A stretch of 63,671 bases of DNA, counting the filler, from Olpidium bornovanus S191 (taxonomy: Eukaryota > Fungi > Olpidiomycota), in the NCBI GenBank assembly GCA_017911155.1. It is 28 parts of 28 records of this genome, joined end to end, with 100 filler letters (N's around TTAATTAATTAA, not from the genome) between each part and the next. Parts side by side here need not be neighbours in the genome. Positions count along the whole stretch, not along the records: positions 23,195 to 24,380 come from JAEFCI010001839.1; positions 24,481 to 25,993 come from JAEFCI010006381.1; positions 26,094 to 28,263 come from JAEFCI010005664.1; positions 28,364 to 30,937 come from JAEFCI010002911.1; positions 31,038 to 32,851 come from JAEFCI010000558.1; positions 32,952 to 36,381 come from JAEFCI010007568.1; 22 more parts are not named here. One strand, written 5' to 3'. The translations under genes and the position numbers were made by a program. The notes beneath the pieces were generated by a model. The model did not search any database. It saw only the letters and a program-made list of their open reading frames with translations, and was not told where the DNA came from. Of the stretch, positions 23,195 through 35,039 are shown one piece after another (position 1 is the stretch's first letter; each line of letters begins with the position of its first letter).

Positions 23195-24142
23195 CATGCG
23201 CGCCTGGACGGACCTGTTTCTGCTCTCGCTCACCTTTGTGACCACGCTGGCCGTGTCAGTCGAGGTGGGGACCCTCCTGGCGATCACGCTCTCGCTGGTA
23301 CTGGCCATCAAGCACACCACAAAGCCCCAAATCACCATTCTGGTACGGCGTTTTTCGTAGAAAAGCGCGGAGGGGGGGGGGGTACGTGTGTGTGCGTGTG
23401 TGTGTGTGTTGGGGGAAGGACGCAACCTGCAAAGAGGTCTCCCACACACCTGAACCGTTCCCCGGGACTGACTTGTTGAATCGGGGCGGACCCGCGGAAA
23501 AACGTGTTTTTTCCTCCCGTTATTGCACAGGGGCGGGTCCGCGGCACCAAAGACCAGTACCAGTCGATCCGAGATTATCCCGCCCAGGCCGAGCACCTGC
23601 ACGGCACATTGATCATCAAGATAGAGGAGAGCCTGCACTTCGCCAACACCGGCCAGCTCAAAGACCGCCTGCGCCGCGTCGAACTGTTCGGGGATTTCAG
23701 CGTCCACCCGAGCGAGGCTGCTCGGCTGCCGCCGGTGTTGAACGTGATCTTTGACGTGTCCAGCATGCCGAGCGCCGACTGCAGGTGAGTCGGTGACCCC
23801 CCACCCCCTCTTTCCTCTCCCCCACGACCTCCGCCTCCTCCCCAACCGCGCGCGTGCGGAAGGATTTGGAACTTCTGTCTCCTCCAGCGGGGGGCTGTCG
23901 CTCGCTGTTGACTTTTTTGTTGCTGTTTGTTTCTACCCCGTTTGCTTTCGCGATTTTTCTGCCGCGGGTGGAAACAGCGCCGTCCAGATCCTGCTCGAGA
24001 TCATCCAGCAGTACCACAAGCGCCACATCTACGTGGCCATCGTACGGCCCAGGGGTTCCGTCGCGCTGCTGTTCCGCAGGGCGGGAATCAGCAAACTCGT
24101 TGGGCAGCAGAATTTCTTCGACGACGTCGCGCAGGCAATAAG
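23195..24142 (+). CDS. SulP/SLC26 anion transporter, C-terminal TM segments plus STAS domain, 5' truncated
   Basis: TTLAVSVEVGTLLAITLSLV..KHTTKPQITIL|GRV, IIKIEESLHFANTGQLKDRLRRVELFG, VIFDVSSMPSAD.SAVQILLEIIQQY. Confidence 0.9.
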
Positions 24143-24480
24143 GTGCGCCTCCCAATATTATTTTTTTCTATTTTTTAATTTTCTTTTTTTTAGTTTTTGA
24201 TTTTTATTTTGCGCGTTTCGCAAAACGGATGACTTTTCCTGGTCCGGCAGCTTACCGAAGTTTTCCCGAACAACGGTCCACTTCCCCCCCTCCTCCTTCC
24301 CCCTCTGTTGCCGCACTTTGCGCTTGACGCAGCCACGTCGAAACCGGAGGTGGGGACCAGAACTGCCGCTGTGACCCATGNNNNNNNNNNNNNNNNNNNN
24401 NNNNNNNNNNNNNNNNNNNNNNNNTTAATTAATTAANNNNNNNNNNNNNNNNNNNNNNNNNNNNNNNNNNNNNNNNNNNN

Positions 24481-25725
24481 AACGACATCCTATACTGAGC
24501 ACCTCAGACCCACTCAAGGAACCTGCTCGCGAAAGCCTTCGGAAGAGATTGTACGCCGGCAGCAACCTTGCGTAGGAGTACAAAGAGCGAAAAAACATGA
24601 TGCTCTTCTTGTAAACCGCTGGCAGGTCCGGGGCTGGCGACGGTATTGGGGCGCTTTGGTATGCAAAACGCCATCAGGATTACGCCGCTAGCGGCGGCAT
24701 CCGCAACGAAGCTCGGCAAGCAGGCTCACTTAAGAGAGAGTTGCCAGGATTCAAGCAGGATCGACCGCTTGAGTGCCGAAGTAATTCTACTCGAAGGTAT
24801 TGCGCTCTGGGGAAATGGCACGGAACTGGTCGAGCCGGCAAGATCTACGGGTACGCGTCTCCCAGCGTTTCTCTCGTCGACGACGACGAGGGTTTGCTCC
24901 GGCGTAAGCTCCGAAACGTCCAAAAACATTTCCACCACAAGCGGCGGCGGCGGCTGTGACGAGTTAGTCACGGCATGCCTCCAATATCGCAGCTCGTCCC
25001 TGAACAGTTCCAGATCTTCCAAGTTCAGGTTGAACTACGGGAGCGGAACAGACGGGAAACGCGATATGAGTTTGCGAAAAAAAAAACCGTCCGTTTACGT
25101 GTACGATGCAATTTCCTTTTTTTTTTTTTTTTTTTTTTTTCCCCAGCCTAAGATCGGCCGAGGGAACCCGGCTTGTCACCCAGCCGCGGCGTGCGTTGGC
25201 TGGTTTTGGCTTACGTGCCCATTTATTCACCCGGCGCGATGCAACCGGCTGCGGCTGGTCGTACCGCCGCCCGTCGGGTCCTCCTGCGTTCGGCAAAACA
25301 AACTCTGACGAGGACGTTTCCGCGCGGGCCGCGAGGGTGTACCGCGCCGCGAGGATGACCTGCAAGAATTTGCTGTAGAAGTTCTGGATGATCTGCTGCG
25401 GCGAGCTCGAAGAGTGGGTGTGGCGGCTCCGCGCGCCAGGCAGCGGGGCTCCGGCCGCCACCGCGGGCGGGCCGCTCGCGGGCGAGAAGGAGTACGAGGG
25501 CGAGGAGGACGCAGGGGAGGGCGAAGAGGGCGCAGGGGAGAGCGAGGGCGCTCCGGCGCGCACGGCGCGCTGGCGGGCGTACGTGGGATGCGAGGAGGGA
25601 GGGCCGGCGGCGGCGGCCGAGGCGAAGGAAGCGGCGGAGGAGGAAGAGGAGGAGAAGGAGGAGGAGGGGGGTGGGGCTCGGCTGCCGGGACCGGGCGGCG
25701 GCGAAGAGGCGTCCGGCCGGTTCAT
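24481..25725 (-). CDS. ATG13: Autophagy protein Atg13 (N-terminal HORMA domain), 3' truncated
   Basis: QIIQNFYSKFLQVILAAR, VNKW|FNLNLED..LFRDELRYW, ILLESWQL and DLPAVYKKSIMFFRSLYSYARLLPA. Confidence 0.92.
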
Positions 25726-26093
25726 GGTTGTGGCGGGCGGGTGGGCGGCGGCAGCATATTGCGCCAGTGGGCGGCGGCTGCGGCCGGGCGGACGGGAGCA
25801 AGGCGGCCCCGCCCAGGCAGGAACGGGAGCCGCGGGAACGCCAGGCTTTCCCCCGCCCCCAAACCGCCGCACGTGTCCCTCTCGCGCAGCTATGTAGCTT
25901 TGCGCACCCCGGCGGGCGGACGAGACGCGGGGGCTCCCTTCTTTGTTGCAGACGACCGTGTCTTGCGGCGTGCAGAAACCCCGCCCCCCCCCCNNNNNNN
26001 NNNNNNNNNNNNNNNNNNNNNNNNNNNNNNNNNNNNNTTAATTAATTAANNNNNNNNNNNNNNNNNNNNNNNNNNNNNNNNNNNNNNNNNNNN

Positions 26094-28263
26094 CATGTCG
26101 CCGTCCTGCAAACTCGTTTTCGAGGTTCACTCGCTGCGGAACGCCAGTCCGGCCACGGTGTCCCGCTGCGGGATGATCTACATCGGCGTCACCGCCCTGA
26201 CCTGGGACATCATCCTGCAGGCGTGGTTCAAGACGCGGACACCGGGGGAAGCGGCCGTCCTGGAACCGCTCTTCAACTCGTGCTTTGGAGCAGCGAGCGC
26301 GTTCCTGAACACGGAGTTGAAGGTGAAGATGATCGTCCAGCGGAACGCCTATGTCACCAACATGATCAACTTCCTCAACGGCCTAATTCCCCGGATCGAG
26401 CCGAACAAGGCCGTCAACACCGACCACCTCGAGAAGCTGTTTGTTTTCGCTCTCATGTGGTCGCTCGGCGCGCTTTGCGAGCTAGACGACCGAAAGAAGC
26501 TGCAGCAATTCCTGCTCACGAACGCGCCGAACCTGAAGTACCCTCCGCTGGACCAGAATTCGGCCGACACCATTTACGAGTTCCACGTGGCCGACGACGG
26601 GTCGTGGGCTCACTGGAGGCAGCGGGTGCCCGAGTGGACGTATCCTCAAGATTCCACCCCGGAATTCTCGAGCATCATCATCCCCACCGTCGACAACGTG
26701 CGCACCGAGTTCCTCATGGACACGATCGCCAAGCAGGGCAAGGGCGTTCTGCTAATCGGCGAGCCGGGTACCGCGAAGACCGTGACCGTGCAGCGGTACC
26801 TGGACAAGCTGAACTCCGAAGCACACCTATTTAAACTCCTGAGCTTCTCCTCCGCGACGACGCCCATGATATTCCAGCGCACCGTGGAGAGTTACCTCGA
26901 CAAGCGCATGGGCTCCACGTACGGTCCTCCGGCCGGGAAGAAAATGACGTTGTTTATCGACGACATCAACATGCCTGAAATTAACGAGTGGGGGGATCAG
27001 GTTACCGGAGAGATTGTGCGGCAGCTGATGGAATTCCAGGGGTTCTACTCCCTGGACAGGCCCGGCGACTGGACCGGCATCGTGGACCTGCAGTTCCTGG
27101 GCGCGATGATGCACCCGGGAGGCGGGCGGAACGACATTCCCAGCCGCCTGAAGCGGCAGTTTGTCGTCATAAACTGCACCATCCCGTCCGACGCCTCCGT
27201 CGACAAGATCTTTGGCACGATGATGAGCGGCCACTTCTCGGCGGCGAGGAAGTTTCCCGATGACGTCCAGGCCCTGGCGGGCAAGCTGCCCGCAATGATG
27301 CGCAGGGTGTGGCAGGCAACCAAGTCTAAGATGCTCCCGACCCCGGCGAAGTTCCATTACATTTTCAACCTGCGGGACCTCTCCAGGACCGTGGAGGGCA
27401 TGATGAAAGTGACAGCCGAAGTCTGCAACAACCCCAAAGTCCTCATAAACCTTTTTGAGCACGAGTGCTCTAGGGTTCTGCCGGACCGCTTTACCAACGG
27501 CGAAGACGTCGAGTGGTTCAACAAGAACCTCAGCAAGCTTGTCACGGCGGAGCTCGGCGACGAACTGGGGCAGGCGGTTTCGCAGCGGAGCTACTTCGTC
27601 GACTTCATGCGGGATCCGCCGGAACTGGAAGACCCGGAGCAGGAGGTCAACATCGAGGACTACAAGATATACGAAAAAGTCATTTCTTTCGACGTCCTGC
27701 GAGTGAGGCTGACCGAGTTCATGAAACAGTACAACGAAGCAATCCGCGGGGCAAAAATGGACCTAGTACTGTTTGAGGACGCGATGAAGCACATCGTCCG
27801 CATTTCTAGAATCATAAGGACGCCTCGAGGAAACGCGCTGCTCGTGGGAGTCGGCGGTTCCGGAAAACAGTCGCTCACCAGGCTAGCGGCTTTCATCGCC
27901 AAAAGCCAAGTGTATCAGATCACGATCTCCAAAAGCTACACGGTTACGAACCTGCTGGAAGATTTCAAGATAATGTACAAACTCGCCGGAGGTAACGTAT
28001 TCGCACAAGATTTTTCCTCTCTAAAGATTTTTTCTTTTCTTTTTTTTTTTTTTTTCCGGTTTGAAGCTTACATTGTTGCTCACACATCCGGGGCAAATGT
28101 TAGCCCAAGGCAAATCGGTGTCATTCATATTCACCGACAACGAGATCAAAGAGGAAGGCTTCCTTGGGTACATCAACAACATCCTTACGTCGGGGGAAGT
28201 GACGAACCTCTTTCCCAAAGACGAAGTCATCGGAATATCCTCCGATCTGCGCACTATCATGAG
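26094..28263 (+). CDS. DNAH5: Axonemal dynein heavy chain fragment (end of AAA2 to AAA4), outer-arm DNAH5/DNAH8 class; one intron from about 27992 to 28103
   Basis: [64 protein letters not shown] and [10 protein letters not shown]. The exact paralogue (DNAH5 or DNAH8) is not resolved. Confidence 0.93.
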
Positions 28264-28423
28264 NNNNNNNNNNNNNNNNNNNNNNNNNNNNNNNNNNNNN
28301 NNNNNNNTTAATTAATTAANNNNNNNNNNNNNNNNNNNNNNNNNNNNNNNNNNNNNNNNNNNNCATGCCAGCTTTATGTCAGACGGCGATTCGCCGGTTG
28401 CGGAACCGAATCGAACGCCTTAC

Positions 28424-30937
28424 CGTGATAAAGAAATCCGGTAACCCGTCCATCTTGCGCACAAGGGCTGTGGAACTGTGCACCCAAATGGTGGACCCGT
28501 CCTTCTTGCGGTATTGCAGCTCGTTCGTGTGGCTCTCGATCTCGCCGGCGACGATGCGGTGCATCTGCTCCATTTCTGCCTCGAGAAACTCGGCCGAGCA
28601 CAGGTCGTGTATGGAGAGCTTCTTGAGCTCGCTTTCGGAGTAGCCGAGAATCTCTTGCATTCGCCGGTTGGCCTTGAGCCAATTGCCCGGAGGGGACACG
28701 TGCGCGATCCCGACGGCCGCTTGGTTGAACGTTACCGCGAGCTGCCGGCGCGACGCCTCGATCTGCTCCTGGTACCTCTTGCTTTCCGTGACATCGTTCA
28801 GCATTACGATCACTTCCGAGACTTCGCCATCGCTGTCCTTTACCGGCGAGAAGTGGCTCTGGATCCAGCGTTGGCGTCCCGTTGCAAACGGCGGGAAAAC
28901 GTCTATCTCGACCGGCGGTACTGACATCTTTTCACCGGCAAACGCACGGCGGACCTGGTCCGCAATGCCGAGCCCTTGCAGCCGCGGATCTTGGAGAATG
29001 TTGTAGCATCCGCAGGGAGGATCGTCGGCCAGGCCCCACAGGTGATGCCACGCGAGATTCACTCGGGTGATGTTGCCAGAAGGGTCGTATAGCTCCGTCG
29101 CGATCGGGCTCTGGTCCACAATGGTTTCGTATTTCTTTTTCAAGAGCTCCGCTTGTTTTGGTTCGTGGATGTCGGTGGCGGTGCCAATCCACTTCCGCAG
29201 GACCCCATCTGCGTCCCTCCACGGTACATACTTTCCGAGGAACCACCGGTATTCCCCAGTTCGCGATTTGAGCCTATAAGTCGCCGTCCAGGGGATGCAC
29301 TGCGCGGACGACTCGTACCACGTCTTCAACAAGATAGGGTGGTCGTCCGGATGGACGAAGTCCGAGAAATTTTGCTCTGATCGAGATGATCCCGTGTAAT
29401 CAACCCAAGTCTGGCTGCAGTTTCGCCCCAAGGCAACTCAGCAACCTGACAATCATAACACCGAATAAAAAACTCCGGATTGCGGGATTTACTTTAGGTA
29501 CACCTGTTTTCCGTCCGCGCGGGCCTGCCATACGATAATGGGAATGGACTCGGCGAGCTGTAGCACCTCGGCGGTCCGTTCAGTCACGCGCTTTTCCAGG
29601 TTTTCCTTGGACTTGAGGAGCTCCTCTTCGGCCTGCTTCAGCGCTGTGATGTCCTGCATGACGCCGATGATTTGGATAGGCTCGCCGTTCTCGCCGCGTT
29701 GGAAAACGCCCTCGCGAAAAAGGGCCCATCGTAACTCTCCGCCGGCATGCTTGATCTGTAACGTGAATTCAAGGAAACTGCCGTCCGCCATGGTTGAATA
29801 TTCCGCCTACGCGAGAGCGAAAAACAAAAAAAAAAAAAAAAAACCTGCCGTCGTTAGCGAACGGCGTTTAAAACGTTTTCGCCTCGTGTCCAAACACGAC
29901 CAACCGACCCGGTGGGAGTCTGGGTGTAGAAAACTGAGCGTGCTTTGGTCGAGATTTTTCGTCTGGCCCTCGGAGACTCCGAAGAATTCCATCGAGCTCC
30001 TGTTCATGTACTCACAACGCATGTACCGGAGGTCAAAGATGTATATGTTGTTTGGGACCAGAGTGGTGACGCTCTCGGCAAACTGACGGGCATTCTCGGC
30101 CTTGCGACGGGTCTCCTCCAGGACCGCCTCAATCCTTTTCCGATCCGAAATGTCGCGAATAATGTAAGCGAAGTACAGCGTGCCAGACTGCTCCCATGTG
30201 GTAATCGACATCTCTATGGGGAACTCCGTCCCGTCGACGCGGCAGCCGACAGATTCGATCGTGCGGCCAAACTCCGGCCCGGTGTCGTCGCGCGCGTGGG
30301 CGGCGAGGCGCTCCTCGTGGGCGGCTCGCAGGCGCTTGGGGAGAAGGTCGACAAATTGCAGGCGGAGCGCGCCTTCGGTGGAGCGCCCAAAAATCCGCTC
30401 CGCGCCGGCGTTCCAGGTGATGATCTGGCCGGACGTTTTCGTGGCCAACAAGGCGTCGTTTATGGACTGCAGGAGGGACTGGTATTTCCCTTCGGTGGCC
30501 TGCAGGGCCTCTTGGGCTTCCTCGCGGAGCATGTCGCGCATGACTACAACGGCGCCAAGTTTTCTTCCCTCCTTGCCGTACATGGCACGCCCAGAGCAAA
30601 GCAGCCTGGTCCTCCGTCCGTTGCGGGATTCAACGACGATCAGGTCATCCTTGACATGCTCACCGCGGAACGCGCGCAAGAGCGGGATATGATCTTCCGG
30701 GAGCGGTGTGACCCCGTCGGCGCAAAAGAGCCGATAATAACTCGGCCACTCCTTGCTTGTTAATGGCATCTCCCCGACTCCATGAAGCTGTGGGAGAGAA
30801 GATTCCATTTGATTTATTCCAGACCATACACGAGTCGCAAAGGACGTCTTCGTTACAAACGTCCACAGACCTCCCGTGCAGCGTCATTGAACAAGGTGAG
30901 AACACCCTCGCTGTTGCAGGCGACGACGCTTTCCATG
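28424..30937 (-). CDS. Multi-PAS sensor protein fragment (at least 6 PAS/PAC domains, about 750 aa), probably part of a hybrid histidine kinase; truncated at both ends. Exons 30871-30937, 29909-30787, 29493-29806, 28424-29414
   Basis: Repeated PAS-PAC signatures (WNAGAERIFG, VHPDD, GEYRWFL, RKKDGSTIWV, D[IV]T/S ends). Three GT-AG introns restore the reading frame. No kinase domain lies within the contig. Confidence 0.9.
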
Positions 30938-31431
30938 NNNNNNNNNNNNNNNNNNNNNNNNNNNNNNNNNNNNNNNNNNNNTTAATTAATTAANNNNNNN
31001 NNNNNNNNNNNNNNNNNNNNNNNNNNNNNNNNNNNNNCTCCTCCGGGCGGGGGCCCGGCGGGGCGCCGCGTCTTTTGTCCACCCCCCCGTCCGCCGCCGG
31101 CCGGCGTCGCCTGACAGGCGGGGACGGGCCTCAAAAAGAAGGGGGGGCAGGGGAAGCGGGGTTGCCCCCCCCCCCCCCCTCTCCCCCGGGAAATCACGCG
31201 TCGTTTGTATTGTTGCTGTGGTTTTCGGGCGCCCGCCGGTGAAATGTGCCTGATCGGATTGCCCCCAACTCCTTCGCGCGTCGCCGGCGCGGACTGCGCC
31301 CGGGCTCCGCCCGCGAAAACGTTGCCGCATGCATGAAACGCCGCAAAAAAACTTCCGCGCGTCGGCCGCGGTGGCGCGGGGCTATGCGGCCGGCGCAAAA
31401 ACCTTTGGGAACGCGTCGTCTGCGGAAACAG

Positions 31432-31863
31432 ATGCTGGAGAAGGCCCGCTTGTTCCCTTTTCACGCGCTGCACTGCCTGAACATCGAGCAGCCGCTGGGC
31501 ATACCGCCGAACTCGTTTGACGCCGTGGTGTGCGTGGGGGTTATGGACTTCGTCGCGCTGCCCAAGGCGTTCCTGGAGCAGGTTGCGCGGATCCTACGAC
31601 CCGAAGGGGTGTTTGGCGTCACTCTACCGGAGCGGCGTCGGAGAGCAGAGGCCGCCGGCGGGTCCGCCCAAGACAGGCAGGAGAACGGAGCGACGGGATT
31701 GTCGGAGAATGACGAGCTGTCGTCGTTCGACTGGACGGAGGCCGACGACCTCGTGGCCAGCGCCGGCTTCCACATACACCGCCGCGAGCGGTTCCTAGGC
31801 TACGTCGATTCGGAAACCGGGGCGGAGACCCATTACTACGGATACCTGCTGCGACTGGGTTGA
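31432..31863 (+). CDS. Class I SAM-dependent methyltransferase, last exon
   Basis: MLEKAR...NIEQPLGIPPNSFDAVVCVGVMDFV...LEQVARILRPEGVF (motif II/III region). Confidence 0.8.
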   Translation: MLEKARLFPFHALHCLNIEQPLGIPPNSFDAVVCVGVMDFVALPKAFLEQVARILRPEGVFGVTLPERRRRAEAAGGSAQDRQENGATGLSENDELSSFDWTEADDLVASAGFHIHRRERFLGYVDSETGAETHYYGYLLRLG

Positions 31864-32951
31864 AACGCATAATTTCCCAAAAGAAAGAGAGAGGGGGAAA
31901 AAACGGTTCTGTGTCGTTTGTGCGTGCGCGGCTTTTTGATGCCGTCCTAGCGTATTACCCCTCCCGCATTTTTCGCTCTTTCCGGCGTCCGACAAACCCT
32001 TTCTGCCGCGTCTGTCATCTTTTTATCTCTCTCCCGCGATGTCACGCCTTTTTGCGAACGTTAATTCTTATTGTACGAAATCTTTAACGACTGCCCCTCT
32101 CCCATTAGGCAAGATTGCCACCTGAAGTGCAGCGGCCCCGGCTTTCCGGAAAGATCGAATTTTACGCTCCGGCGGCCTCCTCGGGGAAACCCCGGTTGTC
32201 CTCGAGCAGCCTTACGCGGGGAGGGGGTGGGGTGGGGGAGCCGCGTCTTTTCCGCACGGAAAAGAGGCGGGTGGAGTTGATGCGAACGCAAGGGTGTGCG
32301 TCAAGAAGACGAGCGAATATCGTGGTCTGGATTCCCCGGCGCGTCGGTCGAGGGTCCTGCAAAGCAAACAAAATAAAAAATAAACGTTCCCTCGCCGGGT
32401 GCAGCTCACACACACCTCGCCCACCTGCCCTCCGGGCGGTGCCAGGGATACCCTCCCGCCCCTTTGGGAATTGAAGTTCCCGACACCACACCTGGCGCGA
32501 GTCGCGAAATATTCAAGTTTAACAGCACCGGGGCGGCTCACTCCAAATCGCGGCGCATTCTGCGGCACGAAACCAGACAACAGCGCGTCCGAAAAAAAAA
32601 AAAAAAAAAAAAAGGGGGGGGAAGGGGGGGGGGATTCAAAGGTTTTGGGTTGGGGGATAATTCCGTTACCGCCGCAAAGAAGCGCTGAAAGCCCGAATCC
32701 CACTCACCGCCCGGTTGCGGCAAACACCCGCATGGTCACGTCTATCTGCCTATATGTTGCCGCTCCTTCCTTTAACGGCGCTTCGGCTCAGGCGGTTAGC
32801 CTGTTTGCTGCCTAAGCGGGACGTAGGCCGACCATTTCCCGAAACTTGGCANNNNNNNNNNNNNNNNNNNNNNNNNNNNNNNNNNNNNNNNNNNNTTAAT
32901 TAATTAANNNNNNNNNNNNNNNNNNNNNNNNNNNNNNNNNNNNNNNNNNNN

Positions 32952-33847
32952 CATGACAGCCCAGAAAAGATATTTGTCACAGTGCACGGAGGTGCGGAAT
33001 CGTTTGTGCATTTGCAGTGCGACCTGGGCGGACGGCAACAACTCATGAGAATGATTTGCAAAGCATCCTACGCCTAACCCATAATGCAGTACCTGTTGTT
33101 GACCCTTGTAGTCGTCGTTTCGCACTAGCGCCATGAACAGTTGGGAAGCCAGCTCCTCGTCAGACGGCTTCAGCTTGCAGGCCTTTGAGTAAGCCTGACA
33201 TATCTCGCCGTCTACAATGGGGAAGCAACGACAAACATGAAAGGTTGGGCGCGAAGCGAAACCGTAAGATAATATCCAGTACGCGCAAAGCAACGTAATT
33301 ATACGGAACATGACACTGCAGGGAACTCACACATCTGCCAGCCCTTGTATATGGCGCTGATGGTTTGCAGGATGGTCAGATCTGTGGGCGTTGCTCTCAC
33401 AACTTCCGCGCACAACTGTGATGCATCTTCTTCGCGTCCCAGCCTGTAATAGCACATGGCTTTCAGCGCCTTCGAAAGCGTAAGTCACATGGCCTTCGGT
33501 AACCATGGCATGTGCTGGTCGATACAGGTTTCGCTGGTACCTTCCATATCAGCATGGTCGGATTCCGCTTCGACGCTTTATTGACGAGCTGAACAGCTTG
33601 ACGATAATTCTGCTCCTCAATTGTTGCTGATACAAGACCATGTGAAGCCACGGAGGTCGCAAACTGTCAGCGTCGGCGCGCGCTGCCGCGCCCTGTCACG
33701 CTTCAAGAGTCCCTCCACGTCGGGACACCAGATCCTACGCGAGTACCGCGGCATACAATCTTCCTGGGCTGCTGGTAGCTCGCGCTTGCACGCACCAAAT
33801 ATAACCCGAAGCTTAGGGTCGCTATGGTCCACGACCTCGGTAGACAT
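32952..33847 (-). CDS. NAA25: NatB auxiliary subunit NAA25/MDM20, N-terminal TPR-like exons, 3' truncated
   Basis: KLRVIF|ATIEEQNYRQAVQLVNK, ALKAMCYYRLG, PSDEELASQLFMALVR.NDYKGQQQ|ALQMHKRF...KYLFWAVM. Confidence 0.85.
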
Positions 33848-35039
33848 TTCTGGCAGCTCCCGCGTGCGCAAGCAAGCGCGTCAGCACAGCGGGGCAGCGG
33901 CGAGAAGCGGACGAAAGGGACGGCCGGCCGGTGGAAACTTTTTTTTTTATTATGTCCGGTAGAGCACGTGACCGTTTTCGGGAACGAGGGTGCGCCGCCC
34001 AACATCGTTCCGCCCAAGCGCAGTCGCGACCCCGGAATGGTGAACGCCGGCGTGGGCGAGCACTGCCCGAGCAGCAAATTGTGCTGCGTCTCACAATCTG
34101 CAAGCAGCGCGGCGTTCCCAAAAATATAAGGCCGTGGATCCCAGGTGTTCTCTGACGAAAGGCCGTTTGAGAAGGGTGGCGAACAGTGCGATCTGCGTCG
34201 TACTTCTGAGAGGAATTTTTTTGCCGTCGAAAGATCACGTCGAGGTCCCCGAGGGTGTTTCTGGGTAGGCCGAAGCCACAGGGAGTATACTAAGAACTTT
34301 CGTCAAAAGAAGCCTTTTTACGAAAGAGATTTCCAGCCAGCCATTTGGCAGTGCGGACCGTCCTATGGGGCCGCTGACGTTTGGGCATGCGACACACGCG
34401 ATTCATCCGGGTTCCTGGGGCACACGGACGGCATAACTGGCTACGACACATATGATGTTGTGCACATATGCGAGACGACCGTGCACATCTTTATTTCCGG
34501 CAAGATGCCTCGCCGGTCGAAGACAGCCGGAGGTACCGGAAATCCAACATGCGCGCTGTCATGAGGCTGGGGCTGCGGGAGTTCGAGTCGGGCGAGGAGC
34601 CCGTGTGCCGGTGTAAAATAGCAACAGAATTCGGTGGCATCAATGTCAAGACACTCCGATTATACGAGTTGATTCTCCATGTTGGAATGGGGGAACGGAA
34701 AGACAGGCTGGCGGATGAGGAACGCGTTTCGAGGCGGCAGACGGGGTGCAACGCGTTACTAGATTGAGTACTCCGGAATTAAAAGTTTCCATCATCTCCG
34801 ATTAACCCCGTACATTGCAACCGTCAAGATTGCCGGAGGCGACGAAAAGGAGCAAAAGACGACCGGATCAAGAGCACGAAGAGTAAGAGGGGAGAGAGAG
34901 TGAGTGAGAGAGAAAGGGTCGCCTGAGGCCTTAGGACCCCTAACCGGTGGCCGCTACATTACGAATCGGGTTTTAGACGGGGCGCGTGCCACACCGGGCA
35001 GGGCGCGAGCCCGGGGGATCTGCAAAAGTGGAAGAGTTC

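Noticed and set aside
28364-30937. Bacterial contaminant contig as the explanation for the PAS array
   Set aside because: Three GT-AG introns with pyrimidine tracts or branch-like motifs are needed to keep the frame, in the same style as host introns.
34145-34767. Possible TLDc or transposase remnant (FQPAIWQCGPSYG..., LHVGMG)
   Set aside because: Only 4-6 residue resemblances; no coherent motif series.
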